DNA of 64,000 nucleotides from positions 1 to 64,000 of the forward strand of contig CDMY01000407.1 of the NCBI GenBank assembly GCA_001179505.1, written 5' to 3'. The position numbers were made by a program, and so were the translations under genes. Shown piece by piece: positions 12,298 through 24,746 of the stretch. The stretch comes from Vitrella brassicaformis CCMP3155 (taxonomy: Eukaryota; Protista; Chromerida). The first letter of the stretch is position 1. Every line of letters starts with the position of its first letter. A model generated the notes under the pieces. It was not told the DNA's origin. It did no database searches and worked only from the letters and a program-made list of their open reading frames with translations.

Positions 12298-15200
12298 TCA
12301 TCTTGAAAAGAGTCTCATCATCTGCGACAACTGCGACTCGTGCTGCCTCTTCTCGTCACCCTCCCCAGCAGCAGCAGCCGCATGGAACGCCGAGGGCGAC
12401 ATCCCAGCAGGCGCGGCCTTCATGGCCGTCCGCATCGACTCGTCGGTGCTGCGCCTGGGGATCTGCCGCGAGATGGGCGGGGCTTGGGCCTTGTTCATGC
12501 TGGGCTGCGGGGGTGCTCCCGTGTTGCGCCGGGCGACCTTCATGATGAGCCCGTTCTTGGTGTGGATGGTGGCGCCGGTCTTCATGCCGACCTCGTGGGC
12601 GGGCACTGCCAGCTCGAAGGAGAACCTGTCGGCCGATTGACAACGCAAAGGAATAGGGAAGGTGGAGAGGTGCACGAGACGTGTGTCTGTGGGTCTGCCT
12701 GTTGCCCGCCAGCCCACCCACTGACTGACTGACTGACCTCCTGAGCAGCAGTGAGAGGGTCACGGATGCCTCGAGAAATGCGAACTGGTCGCCCACACAT
12801 TTGCGCGTGCCCTGACGGATGCACAGATGCCATTCCAGGCCAACCACCTCGCTCTTTCTTCTTCTCAAGTGTGTCGTGTCGTACCCCTCCGAAAGGCAAG
12901 AATGCGAAGTCAGCCATGGTCTCTGTGGGGTATAGCGGGCCGAACTGACCCTCTTCGTAGTAGAAGCCGCTCTCGGGGGGCTGGTAGCCACGCCAACTGC
13001 ACGCAATGCAACCAACAGCAACAGGCCAATAGGTGTGTGTGTGTGTGTGCCTCTTCTGGAGAGTGTCCCCGCGTGTGTGTCTGTCTGTCTGTCTTACGCA
13101 GGGACGTCAGGGTTTGAGTGCGGCCTCAGGAATCTCTCGGGGTCGAACTTGTGTGGGTCCTCCCAGAAGAGCGGCGAGTGGTGGATGTTGTAAATGGCCA
13201 GAAACACGTCCTGACCTCGCATCATCCGACAGCTGGCCGATCCACGCCATATACCACACACACAAACAGAAGGAAAGGAACGCACCGGTTACGTCGAGTC
13301 GATGAGTGGATCGTTTCTCCTTGTTGTATCTCTGACATACTTGAATCCCGCGGTGCCCTTAGGGAATGTATCGTCCTCGAGTGCTCGTCGGATGAGGAAT
13401 GGCGGCTCCGGGTACTTGCGCAGCGACTCAGCCAGACACAACCGCAGCAAAGGCATCTTGTTGATCAACTCCCACGTGGGCGTCTCGTCACCCAACACGG
13501 CATCAACCTGAAAGCCATCAGATCAGCCATGGACACACGATTACCCACACTGATGCGTACGCCTCTCTCTCTCTGTCTCCCGTCTCACCGACCTCTTTAA
13601 GCACTTTCTGGAGGATCTCGTTGTTCTCCGGCAGTGACAGCTCGTACAGCGCCCACGTGAGTACACTGGCGGTTGTCTCGTGCCCGGCAATGAGGAGTGT
13701 GGCGAGGTCGTCCCTCAGCTGTTTGTTGGACTTGTCGATGTCCTCCCCCCGGAGGTCGACCAAAAATCTGAGCAGTGAGGCGTCGCTGCAGGAGGCGTAG
13801 TCTCGGTTCAGCAGCGACTCGAGATCCTCCTCACGACCGCCGGCCTGCGCCTGAGGCAACACGCCAAGGAAGGGAAGGGCAGCACACAAACGTGTTGGTT
13901 CCTGTGTGTATCGGTCATTGTTTCTGGTCTTGGCTGGGTGCTGAGCTGACCTTGGCTTGTTCGATGAGCTCGTCGAGCACCTCGTTGACCACCTTCAGAT
14001 CCCTGTTGAACCTGCACACACACGGGGATGGACGGATGGACGGATGGACGCCCCCATGGCCATGTGAGTAGGTGGCTGGTGTTGCTGACCTCCTGAGTCT
14101 GGGGACGAGTTGGTTGGCGAATGGGAGTTTCCAGTAGGGGAGGGGGATGGTCGACCGGTGCTCAGCCTCCTGCAGCAGACTGTACACGGCCTTGATCACA
14201 GGAGACTCCTGATCGACACACACATCGAAACAGACATGCCTGGACAGTCTGGCAGATAAAGGCACGTGCGCACCTCTGTAACGGATCTGAATTCGTAGTT
14301 GAAGACGCTCTTGCCGATGATGTCAAGTGACACGCTGTTAAATGCGCTTTCCATGTCCACGACCTTGCCCTTGTCGACGGCCTTGTGCAGCTCCTGGACC
14401 AGCAGGTGGTTGCAGTCGTTGTAGACACCCACCATGTGGTCCAGCCACATCTGATGGAAGGCTGGAGCCAGCACCCGACGACGCACCTGACCAACCAATC
14501 CAGCGCATTGACAATGTTCATGTGCAGTCACACAGTGTCTGTGCGTGTGTGTGAGTGGGTGTGTGTTGGTGGTGGGGGTTACCTACCTTCCAGGTGGCGG
14601 GGTCAGCGGGAATGAGTCCCTTGCCCATGATGGGTTCGAGTATCTCGGCGAGCACGCCCTTGTCGTACTTGTGTGAGGCCCCCTTGAGCAGGTGCTTCAT
14701 GATGATGGGGTCGCTCACCACGATGAACGACTTGGGGCCGAACAGCAGCTTGAACACCCCGCCGCTCTCCTTGTAGTTGTCATATAAGTCCAAAAATATA
14801 GCATCCGGGTCCGTAATGCGACCTGAGCAGACACACACGCATAGATATGGAGATTGTGTGGTGTGTGTGTGTGTGTGCTGGAGATGAGATGTGATCTGCT
14901 GACCTTCAGCCACGGGGGCGCCGTCATAGCTGGGTTGATGGTCATAGACCTGGTCGATGTTCTTGACAATGACCGCCAGCTGGTCGCCCACAGTGACCGG
15001 CTCACCAGGCTTGCCCCGCGGGAACATCGAAAACAGCCACTCCCTCCCCTTCTCTATCGTCTCATCCTTATACGAGCTCACGATCCGCATATCGCCAGCA
15101 TGAGGGCAAGCGGCCGGAGTGCTCCCCCTCGTCTCCGTCTGAGCGGCCGCCATCTCGCTATGCGGACAGGCAGACGCAGACTCGAGAGGAGCTGCAGGAG

Positions 15201-15507
15201 CCGTTGCGGCAGCAGCATGGTCGGTGTGTTCAAAGGGGCACTTCTCTCCCGGTTCGCTCTCGTGGTGGTTGGCCTTGTCGTCCTCCGCGTCGATGAGGGT
15301 CGGCGGAACAGGGGCGTTGTGGTCCGGCAGGTCAGGAAGGACCGTCACGGAAGAAGTGGGCAGTGCCGCGTCTGTCTTGGTGCTCCTCAGAGACGAGGAC
15401 GCAAATCGCGACGAAGACGGTCGAAAGATGAACGCAGCGCCGCCCCTTCTCTCCACCGCCCTCCCTCCCTTGAGCAGCAGCAACAAGGTGGAAAGAGCCA
15501 GGATCAT
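12298..15507 (-). CDS. CYP97B: Cytochrome P450 of the CYP97 (CYP97B-like) carotenoid hydroxylase family, plastid-targeted, multi-exon
   Basis: Motifs: [24 protein letters not shown]|[22 protein letters not shown] (I helix), [10 protein letters not shown] (ExxR), [21 protein letters not shown] (heme Cys) and [11 protein letters not shown]. The N-terminus [12 protein letters not shown]...[11 protein letters not shown] looks like a bipartite signal plus transit peptide. Confidence 0.93.
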
Positions 15508-16098
15508 GCCGGCACGCGCTGAACCCGTCCGTCGCCTCCTGCGCCAGTCGATGCATGGCGGGGAAAACGGTAAGGGGGAGGGCGGGGAGGGGGATGAACC
15601 ACTGCCACTCTGTCTGCGAGGGGAGCATGACGCGCTAGGGGAGCATGCCGCCTCGCGACATGGATGGCAGGACGGGGGTGCACTTGGCGCATCTCGAGAA
15701 GACTCCTCCATCTGCACAACACAGACAGAGGAAACAGCCATGAACTTCAGCGCAATCAAGACGCCTCCGTGCCATGCTCTTCATCGTGACCCGAGCAGGC
15801 AGCCGCTGGGTTTGACTTTCAATGAGGACTTCTGGAGTCTGTGATGCGGGAGGTTCAAGATCAGAAGAGCACTCCCTCTTGCCAGCCAGGCGCACCCCTG
15901 ATGACTTCATTTCGCTGACCACAGCTGCAGATCTCGGCTCGCACCGCAACGCGAGCTACGAAATCCGGGCGTGCCTTTCATTTTGTGCAAGTGGGCTCCT
16001 CCCGCATCCCTGAGGGCATTTTAGCCCTTGCTGGCCACCGCCAAGAAGGAAGCTGTTGTTGGCTTGAAGGTGGCTACTCTGTGCTGTATCTGCTGACT

Positions 16099-16984
16099 AT
16101 GGGTGGTGTTCTCGACACCATCAAGGTGACCTGCACACGTCCTCATGACTCTTCCACCGCATTTGACACTCTGTGTGATTGTTGCGTGGGTTCAGGAGAC
16201 CTGTGACTCCTGTTGCGGTGCGGGTCAAGAGCCCTCCAAGGACCGCTTCAACATTCAGGTGGTGGGGGCGCAGGACCCGCCAAAGCGGGAGGATGTGGCC
16301 GTCTTCCCTCCCCCACCTGGCCCACAAATGAACGGCACCAAGGCAGCGGATGACCCGCCCGCATTCGGCTCAGCGGCCGAGCCAGAGGCACAGCCCTCCG
16401 AGCGGTCCCCGGCAGCGTACAGCGGGGCTCCCGAGGTGCCCGACATGGCCCCGCTGTCGCAGGAGACCAAGAAGTGGGACCTGGATGGGATTTTGCGCGA
16501 CCCTGAAGGCGCTGACGCGGAGCTGCTGCGTCAGCTGTTCGACACGTGGGTCAGTCCGTCGCTGGGCGTGGTGACGCTGGACGGCGTGGCGCCGCTGCAG
16601 TCCTTCTGCCTGGAGAGTGCTAGCGGGTTGAGCGACACGGCCTTCAGCGAGAAGCTCTTCCACGTGCTCGACGGCAACGGCAACATCGACTTCTGGGGCT
16701 TCCAGACGCTCGTGAGCGAGACAGCCGTCAACCAGCAGGAGGTCATCGAGACCTTCATGAAGATGAACCCTGAGCATGACGCCATCAGCGCATTCGACGC
16801 CCGGACGGCCCTGCGGACACTGGGCGAGAGGCTGGAGCTGACGGACGGGGAGTGGGACGTGGTCCTCGACGCACTCATGCAGAGCGCCGACTTCAGCGTG
16901 AGCCTCGACAGCTTCCTCATGCTCTACGGCAGGCTCCAGACCATCGCAAGGGCCTACAAACTGGCCAAGACCGCAAACACATGA
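16099..16984 (+). CDS. EF-hand-like protein with a predicted N-terminal myristoylation/palmitoylation signal (2 exons)
   Basis: Exon 1 (16099-16125) reads MGGVLDTIK, and exon 2 starts at 16196 with ETCDSCCG. It contains the degenerate EF-hand-like segments LFHVLDGNGNIDFWGF, FMKMNPEHDAISAFD and DFSVSLDSF. Confidence 0.7.
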
Positions 16985-17516
16985 GTGATTGATCTTGATG
17001 GAGGCAGGGATTGACGGATGGTGTGTGATTGTTTGATGGAGCGAAACCTGAGTGGTGTGTGGATGGAGCGGCTGGGCGCGAAATAGCGTCTTGCGAGGCT
17101 GCATGGCTCAAGTGACTGGATGGCGGCTGGTTGCAATTGACTGGTGTGGTGAGGGGTGGCTGATCGATCCGACCGACTGACTGCATTGCCTGCACGGGTG
17201 TGGTGTTTTCTCGCTGCGATGCGTGTGCTGCGTGCCTGCTGACATTTGAGGGAATTAACGAGTGATCAATCGCTAAGGCCGTGACTGTCACACACAGAAA
17301 GAAAGAACCAACCCAAATCCCACCACACACAGACGTACGTCAGGTCACGTCAGATGGTCTGATCCATCCCATCACAAGGCACTCGGTCGTCATCAGGCAG
17401 GACATTATTCGAATGACCTGGCCGACCAACGAACGCATCGCAACGCACCCCCACACCACACAACGAAGGGCAAGGCAAGCCACACCGCTAACGACGTCCG
17501 TCGTCCATCACATCAG

Positions 17517-20500
17517 TCAGTAGTTGACGTTGGCATTTTTGGGTCCGATGTAGTCGTACCCCAACTCCAGGTACTTGGCGGGCACTTTCTGGAAGCTGTA
17601 GTGCGGCACCGCCCGGTGGTCGGTGTGGATGAAGAGCCCGTTGAGCCACAGGAGGCCGAAGTGGTTGACGAACTCGAATTTCTTGGGGTGGTAGTGGTAC
17701 AGCACCGTCAGCTGAGACTGCAGCACCGACACTATCGCACCTGCACACACACACAGAGAGAGAGAGAGAGAGTGGGAGTGTGGGCCGGTGGGTGGGTGCT
17801 GGAGAGGCATCTGTGGTGTCTCGCTGACTGACCGAATTTGAGCCCTTTGTGTTCTTTGTCGTAGCCGTGGATGGGGTCAGACGGGATGATGAAATTGTCA
17901 CCCAGCGTCTCGATCTTGGGCGGCTCGTTCTTCAGAGTCTGCCACCTGCAGTACACACCATACCAGACACAGTACAGCCACACACATGCATCTCCCCCAC
18001 CCTCAGCTGTCCCGCCCGCTGACCCACCGACCAGTAAGCGCCTGCAAGGAACTTCCTCCATGTGAATTTGAGGTAGTCAACACCATCACCCCAGTCGAAT
18101 CGCATGGCGTCGAGGACCGGCCGCCTCTCCCAGTGCTCCTTGGCGTCGATGCCGCCCCACCGGAACTCGTCCAGGATGGGCCCCAAAGGCATCCCCCGCC
18201 ACTCGGCCGGGAACCAGGTGTTGTTGTGGTCGATAACGTAATCGTTCTTCATGTCGTTGAAGGAGCGACCGTACAGATCCTGCAGACATCCACACATGTG
18301 GATGGGGGGCATGTTGTCTCTATGTCTCTGTCTGACTGACTGACTGACTCACTTCGTAGTATCTCATGGCCTCGACTACGTCGTCGAATGTCCAAGTGAA
18401 GTTGCCGTAGAACTCGTCCTGGTAGCCGCCCTCCCAGTCCTGCCGTGTGGGCTGCGGCACCAGCTGACCCGTCTCGTTGAGCTTGGCCACGATCTTCTCC
18501 TTCAGACGCCGACGACGCCGCGGCTTCTTGGTCGGCTCGGGCAACGGCGTCAGCACCTACAAACACACACACACAAGCGGTTGTGTGTTGGCCGGTGTGT
18601 GTGTGTGTGTGTGTGTTGTGACTGACCTTTCTGAGGACAGGTTTGGTGAGGCTCTCGAGTAAGTCTTGCAGCTGCGCCTCCTCCTCCTTCATGATCCTCT
18701 CGGTCTCTGTCATGCCCGTGTCCTCGACGGCCATCGCCGCGCCACGCGAGTCCGTCACACCAGTGCCCAGGCCACGGCGCTCGGGGTCGACGAAGTCCAT
18801 GAGGCCGGTGTCCTCTGGCGGCGCCGGCACCCCCGCCTCGGACACCTGCCCTTCCTCTGCGAAGTCACCTACACGGACAGTGGGAGAGAGACGTCCAGGC
18901 ACCCACCCATTTCTATGCGCCGGTAGGTACGCACCGGGCAGCAGTGGCGGGGGAGGCGGCAGTGAGGGCTGCTGCTGGCTCCTCTGCGTGAGGACGGCGA
19001 GCGCCTGCCTGAACACGGGTCCCCATCGAGGGTCGTTGTGGTATCTGTGGACGCGTCGGCCCAGCTTGAGGTTCCACAGGTCGACGTCCCACGGAGGCTC
19101 GGACGGGATCACAAACTTGATCTTCAGGTCATCCTTCTTCTCTATCTCCTGGGCACACAACACACACAGAGGAAAAGGTGGGTGAATCGGCTGCCTGTGA
19201 GGACGGTGGCTCTGTGATGTGTGTGTGCCTACCTGGTACTGCAGCACGCCCCTGGCGAGTCTCTCCAGCTCCTGGGCGATCTTCTCGTCCTTCTGGGTGT
19301 ACATCAGACCTGAAGCGAAGAAAGGGCCAACAGACACACACACAGCAAACATCAGCTCATGTGTGTGTGTGTGTTCTCGTATAAGTGAGTGGGTGGCGTA
19401 CCCAGCTTGTCGAGGAAGTCCGTGGCGCCCGGGATCCGCCTCCTCAGAGTCACCTGGCGCCGCCGGATGTCGTGAACCTGACATACAAAACACACACACA
19501 CACACGGAGGTAGTGGTGGATGCGGCCTCGCTGGCTCACCTTTTTGCCGAGAGCGTATCCCTGGAACTGGCTTGGCCATGGCTTCTCGCGCGGCACGAAG
19601 TAGCTGATGTCGATGCCCCTGACGGTGCCGTAGAGGTTGAAGAAGTACTCCAGACACAGACAGGTCTTGATCAGGTCGATGTATGTGCCGGGAATCGCTG
19701 ACACCTGGGCGGCACGAACTGAACAGACATATAGAGAGGTGGTCGAGTGGATCCATGTGAGCCTGTGTGCCCACCCAGCTCGTTGAAGGTCATTTCGTTG
19801 AGGTTTTTGGTCTGCTTGGTCTCGCGGACTCGCTCCAACACGTCAGCTGCAACCAAATAGACGAACACACAGGCAGGCAGGGAGGAGCCATCCGTGTGCA
19901 CGCAGCTGCAGCTGTCTGTATGTGCGTAAGGCAATCAGCAAGCATGGCATACGTGTGAGTATCTGGTCCTGCAGTTCCGACCACCCCTCAAAGCCCAACG
20001 CCTCCAACTCTGCCTGCCACTCAGGGTGACGCTGACACACACACACACACACACACGCCCACATCGACAAAAGACAGCTCTCTCTCTCTCTCTCTCTCTC
20101 GCTCTGTGTGCGTGTGTATGTGTGTTCGTCGTTCCTTGGCTCAGCTCACTTTGATGTAGAGTCCCTCTTTCTTGACCTGGCTGTACTTGCGGCCGAGAGC
20201 ATAGCCCCAGAAGTAACGCGGCCAATTGGGGTCTTGGTCAGGGATGGTGAATTTGACCATCATCTTGACGGTCCCGTAGAGGGTCTTGTACACCTTGAGC
20301 AGATTCAGCAGCGCCTCAAACTCCAGCCGCAGGTCACGCTCGAGGCCGCCATCCGTCGAAAACACCAACTTGCCCACCCTGCACAACACAACACAACATT
20401 GTTGACACGACACACAGATGGACACCTGCGTCGATATGTGGATGTCTGTCTGATGTGGGCGTATCGTACCTGCCTCCCCTCCTGAGCCTGAATTCGCCGA

Positions 20501-20924
20501 TGCCCACCCCTGGTGGCGGCTCCTTGTCCTTCGCATCGAACAATGGGCTTGTGTCGTCAAACAGGGGGGCGGCAGAGGGCACCTGGTCCACACCCACCTG
20601 ACAACCAAACAGCGACAGCCACAATGAATGCACCCACCCCACCCGTACAGATGCCGCTGAGTGGCGTACTTGTTGTGATGGCGGTGGCTGATCGTCGCCC
20701 CTCCCCTCACTCAAACACACCACACCCATTGGCCGCCTGTACACCCTCCTCTCGCCCACGTTGGCCCTCAGCGCCCTCCCCATCCCCCTGTACACGACCG
20801 ATGCCCTCCCCACAAAGGCCGCTGACTCCCTCAGCGCCATCAACAGAGATAACACAGAGATCCACAAGGCTGTTTGCCATCGAAAGCAATGGCCGAGTGA
20901 ACAGACGGGATGATTCATCGCCAT
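17517..20924 (-). CDS. Plastid-targeted protein with about 5 degenerate helical repeats resembling the helicase-associated (HA) repeat type; about 13 exons
   Basis: The exons join in phase. The presequence is ...LWISVLSLLMALRESAAFVGR... The repeat unit is Y...YG......F.(I/V)P...(P)W.....G..LG..V...R......L..LGF.W. Stop at 17517. Confidence 0.75.
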
Positions 20925-21235
20925 GGCAGCATACGATGAATCATCCGAGTGTGCCTCGGGATAGGAAGCCTCGTGGCACCTTCCCAGATCCTCAGTCGTC
21001 TTCATGGCCTATCGCCGATGCATGAGTTCTTCCCGTCTGGAGTCTGGAAGAATGAGCAGACAAGTCGACAGATCTCCCAAGCTGTCAGATCACGCTCACG
21101 CAGCAGTGAGATGCAGAACAGTGGTTGACTGAGGAGGTTTGAAGCTCCTGCGCCTCTGCCTGGTGACACTGTGTGTGCTCCGTTACACGTACATCCTAAA
21201 CCCTCGCAAGACGCAGAGCGCTGAAACGAGGGGCC

Positions 21236-24177
21236 ATGATGCGCGCAAGAGATGTGCTCTTGGATGCCACTCTGCTGCTCTTTTCACTTATCTTCATGGC
21301 GACTCCACGAACGGCAGCCAAGCTCATCCGCAGATCCAGCACATCCACACACGGCAGGCAGCATTCGGGGCCTCCCGCCTCTGCATACGTCCACTATCCG
21401 CCAGAAGGACCGACACGCATCGGCTTCCACCCCAGCCATGCCCCATTTCCACGACGTTTCATCTCTCGCCTGTCGACCATCAGGGCGCCAACCCGCCGCT
21501 ACTCGAGCAAGGCCGGCAGTGCTCCAGATCTGGCGACGTTGATACGGCAGAAGAGTGCGGCCGAGAAGCTGAGTCGGCTGCGTGAGCTGATGAAGGAGAG
21601 GGGCGTGAATGTGTATGTGGTCGGCACGAGGGACGCCCACAACAGCGAGTACACGGCTGACAGGGACGCCAGGAGGGCTTACGTTAGTGGATTTGACGGG
21701 TCGGCCGGGACGGCTCTCGTCACAATGGACAAGGCCCTGCTGTGGACAGATGGCAGGTGAGTGAACAAAAAGTCAGTGCACTGGGTGCCCTAATGGTCCT
21801 CTTCTCTCCCTTTGTGTGTTGTTTCGTTGCAGGTATTTTCTGCAGGCTGAGCAGCAGCTGGATGGCGACCACTGGGCGCTCATGAAGACAGGCCTCCCCG
21901 ACACACCCACACTCGAGAAATGGATAGACGAAAACGTCCCTGGTAACTAACGCACAACAGGCCGACCACCGCTCGAATCTGCTCTCCATCCTCTATCCTC
22001 CTTTGCAGACGCCGTGGTCGGTATTGACCCCTACACCACGTCGATCAGCGGTCTGAAGCAGCTGAAGAAGCAGCTCAAGCGCAAAGAGGTCAAGCCCATC
22101 AACGGCAACCTGGTTGACGAGATGTGGGGCGCCGACCAGCCGCCGATGCCGTGCGAGCCGGTGTTTGTGCACGCTGAGGAGCTTGCTGGCAGGAACACGA
22201 CCGAGAAGCTGGCAGGCATTCGGAAGAAGATGAAGGAGAAGAAATGCGACCTGATGGTCGTCACGGTGAGAACTGCACTCGGGAGGGGGGAATGAGCGAT
22301 GCAGCCCCCATCGGACTGTCTGTTTGTGATTGACTGTGTAGGCGTTGGATCAAGTGGCGTGGCTGCTGAATCTTCGCGGGTCCGACGTGGCCTTCAACCC
22401 TGTCTTCTTCGCATACGTCACCATCACACCAGACGATGTCACGTACGCCCACCCGCCCCCCCACACACAGAGGAGGGGCAACCGCAAATCACACTCTCAT
22501 CTCCCTTCCTGCCAGGATTTACTGCAACTCTGAGCGCCTCACCGCCGAAGCGCGCACACAGCTGCAGACACACGATGTCAGCATCCAGCCTTATGAGTCA
22601 CTCACGGCCGACCTGACAGCAATGTCAGCAAAGCTATCGCCCGAGGGCAGGGTGTGGGTGGAGCAGGCGTGCAATCTCGCCGTCAAGACCGCGCTCGAGG
22701 CGGGGCTGGACGAGGAGAGGCGGAAAGGTGGCGACGACGACGACTGGCTGATGCTGCAGGATACCCCACTGGCGTTGGCTAAGGCCAAGAAGAACGATGC
22801 GGAGCTGGCGGGTGTGCGGGAGGCTCACGAGAAGGATGCGGTGGCTCTTGCCAACTTCTTTGCGTGGCTCGACAAGGCAGTCGAGACCGGGGATGTCTGG
22901 AAGGAGGATGAGTGCACTCTGGCTGAGAGAGTGGAGGCATTCAGGGCACAACAGGTGGGCGAGAGAGATGCCGAGTGGGAGGGCCCGCGCATATCTCTTC
23001 CTCTCCGCCCGTTCAGGCTGGTTTTCGCGGTCCCTCGTTTCCCACCATCTCGTCAGTTGGGCCCAGTGGCGCCATCATACACTACAGGTGAGTGCAGTCG
23101 AGACCAGCATGAGAGACCCATTGCGATGCGATGTCCCCTCTCCTCTCTGTGTCCATCCTGTCATTGCGCTGCAGGCCTGAGGAGGGCAATTGCCTGACGG
23201 CCCAGCCCGTCATGTATCTGCTGGACTCGGGAGGCCAGTATGAGGAGGGCACCACTGACGTCACGAGGACTGTCCACCTGGGAGACCCTAGTGACTTTGA
23301 GAGACAATGCTGGACACGAGTACTCAAGGTGAGAACGACGTAAGGGATGGAATACACAGCCTTGGTCCACCCATCCATCGATCTCTCCGTGTGTGGTGGT
23401 TGCATTCAGGGTCACATAGCTCTAAGCCAGTGTGTCTTTCCGCCCAACACCAAGGGCCCCCAACTGGATGCCCTCGCGAGGACGTCACTGTGGGCCTACG
23501 GCCTGGACTACCGACACGGCACCGGCCATGGGGTGGGCGCATTCCTGCACGTACATGAAGGGCCGCAAGGCATCTCGCCCAACCTCAAAGTGAGACCATG
23601 AGCAGAAACAAACTTCACAGAATGAGTTAATCCCGTGTGTGTGTGTGTGTGTGTATATGTGTGTGCGGCACAGGGCAGCTCGGCTGAGACGCCGCTTGAT
23701 GTGGGCATGATCGTGTCCAACGAGCCCGGCTACTACCACGACGGCCACTTCGGCATCAGAATCGAGAATCTCATCACCGTCAGGGAGGTCGACACAGCGC
23801 ACTCATTCGGGGGCAAGAAGTACCTCGCCTTCGAGCCTCTCACTCTGGTACGTGCCTTGCCTAGCCACCAATGACACAAACGAAACGACCACCTGCGGTC
23901 AGTATTTCTCTGTTCACAGGTGCCATTTCAGCGCAAGATGATCGACCTGTCACTGCTGAGCGATGATGAGATCAAGTGGGTCAACGCCTATCACGAGAGG
24001 GTGCGCGAGACGGTCGAGAGGCGGCTAAGGGAAGAGGAGCAACGCTCCAGTGGGTCCCCGACAGTCGATAACAGCGATGTGATTGCATGGCTGAGGGAGG
24101 CCACCGCCCCACTGACGCGGCCGTCAGCGGCAGGAATGACCGAGAGAAGGGAAATGGAGACTGTGGCAGCTGCGTGA
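21236..24177 (+). CDS. XPNPEP1: Xaa-Pro aminopeptidase (aminopeptidase P, M24B, XPNPEP-type) with a long N-terminal targeting-like extension
   Basis: Motifs: [20 protein letters not shown]|[55 protein letters not shown] and [15 protein letters not shown]. Confidence 0.95.
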
Positions 24178-24436
24178 GCTCTTGTACATTGCTTGATGCG
24201 TTCTCGCGGCTGTGAGTTTTTGTCCCTTTTGGCCTTTCATGTCTTTGTGTGCGTGGGTGGAGTGGATGTGAGACCCGCTGGCAGATAGGGCGTGTTGTGT
24301 TGTGTGGACTCGCAACAGACAGCATGGTGAGTGACATGACGATCGATTAATACCAAACTGGTCCGACGACAGACAAACAGCAGCTGTCAGCAACGAAAGA
24401 AACCGAAGAACACCCCCCAGCCCTACACGAATGAAT

Positions 24437-24736
24437 NNNNNNNNNNNNNNNNNNNNNNNNNNNNNNNNNNNNNNNNNNNNNNNNNNNNNNNNNNNNNNNN
24501 NNNNNNNNNNNNNNNNNNNNNNNNNNNNNNNNNNNNNNNNNNNNNNNNNNNNNNNNNNNNNNNNNNNNNNNNNNNNNNNNNNNNNNNNNNNNNNNNNNNN
24601 NNNNNNNNNNNNNNNNNNNNNNNNNNNNNNNNNNNNNNNNNNNNNNNNNNNNNNNNNNNNNNNNNNNNNNNNNNNNNNNNNNNNNNNNNNNNNNNNNNNN
24701 NNNNNNNNNNNNNNNNNNNNNNNNNNNNNNNNNNNN
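24437..24736. other. Assembly gap (300 N)
   Basis: Run of N. Confidence 0.99.
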
Positions 24737-24746
24737 GGTTCTGCAC

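Noticed and set aside
14518-15759. 413-aa ORF start at 15759 as the CYP97 N-terminus
   Set aside because: The ATG at 15507 gives a proper signal peptide plus transit peptide. The upstream part looks like open 5' UTR, and the 3' part of the ORF reads through introns.
16370-17104. Long antisense ORFs over real genes (also 47305-47715, 53501-53896, 59704-60561 and others)
   Set aside because: They are shadows of GC3-rich coding sequence on the opposite strand or in another frame, with no independent motifs.
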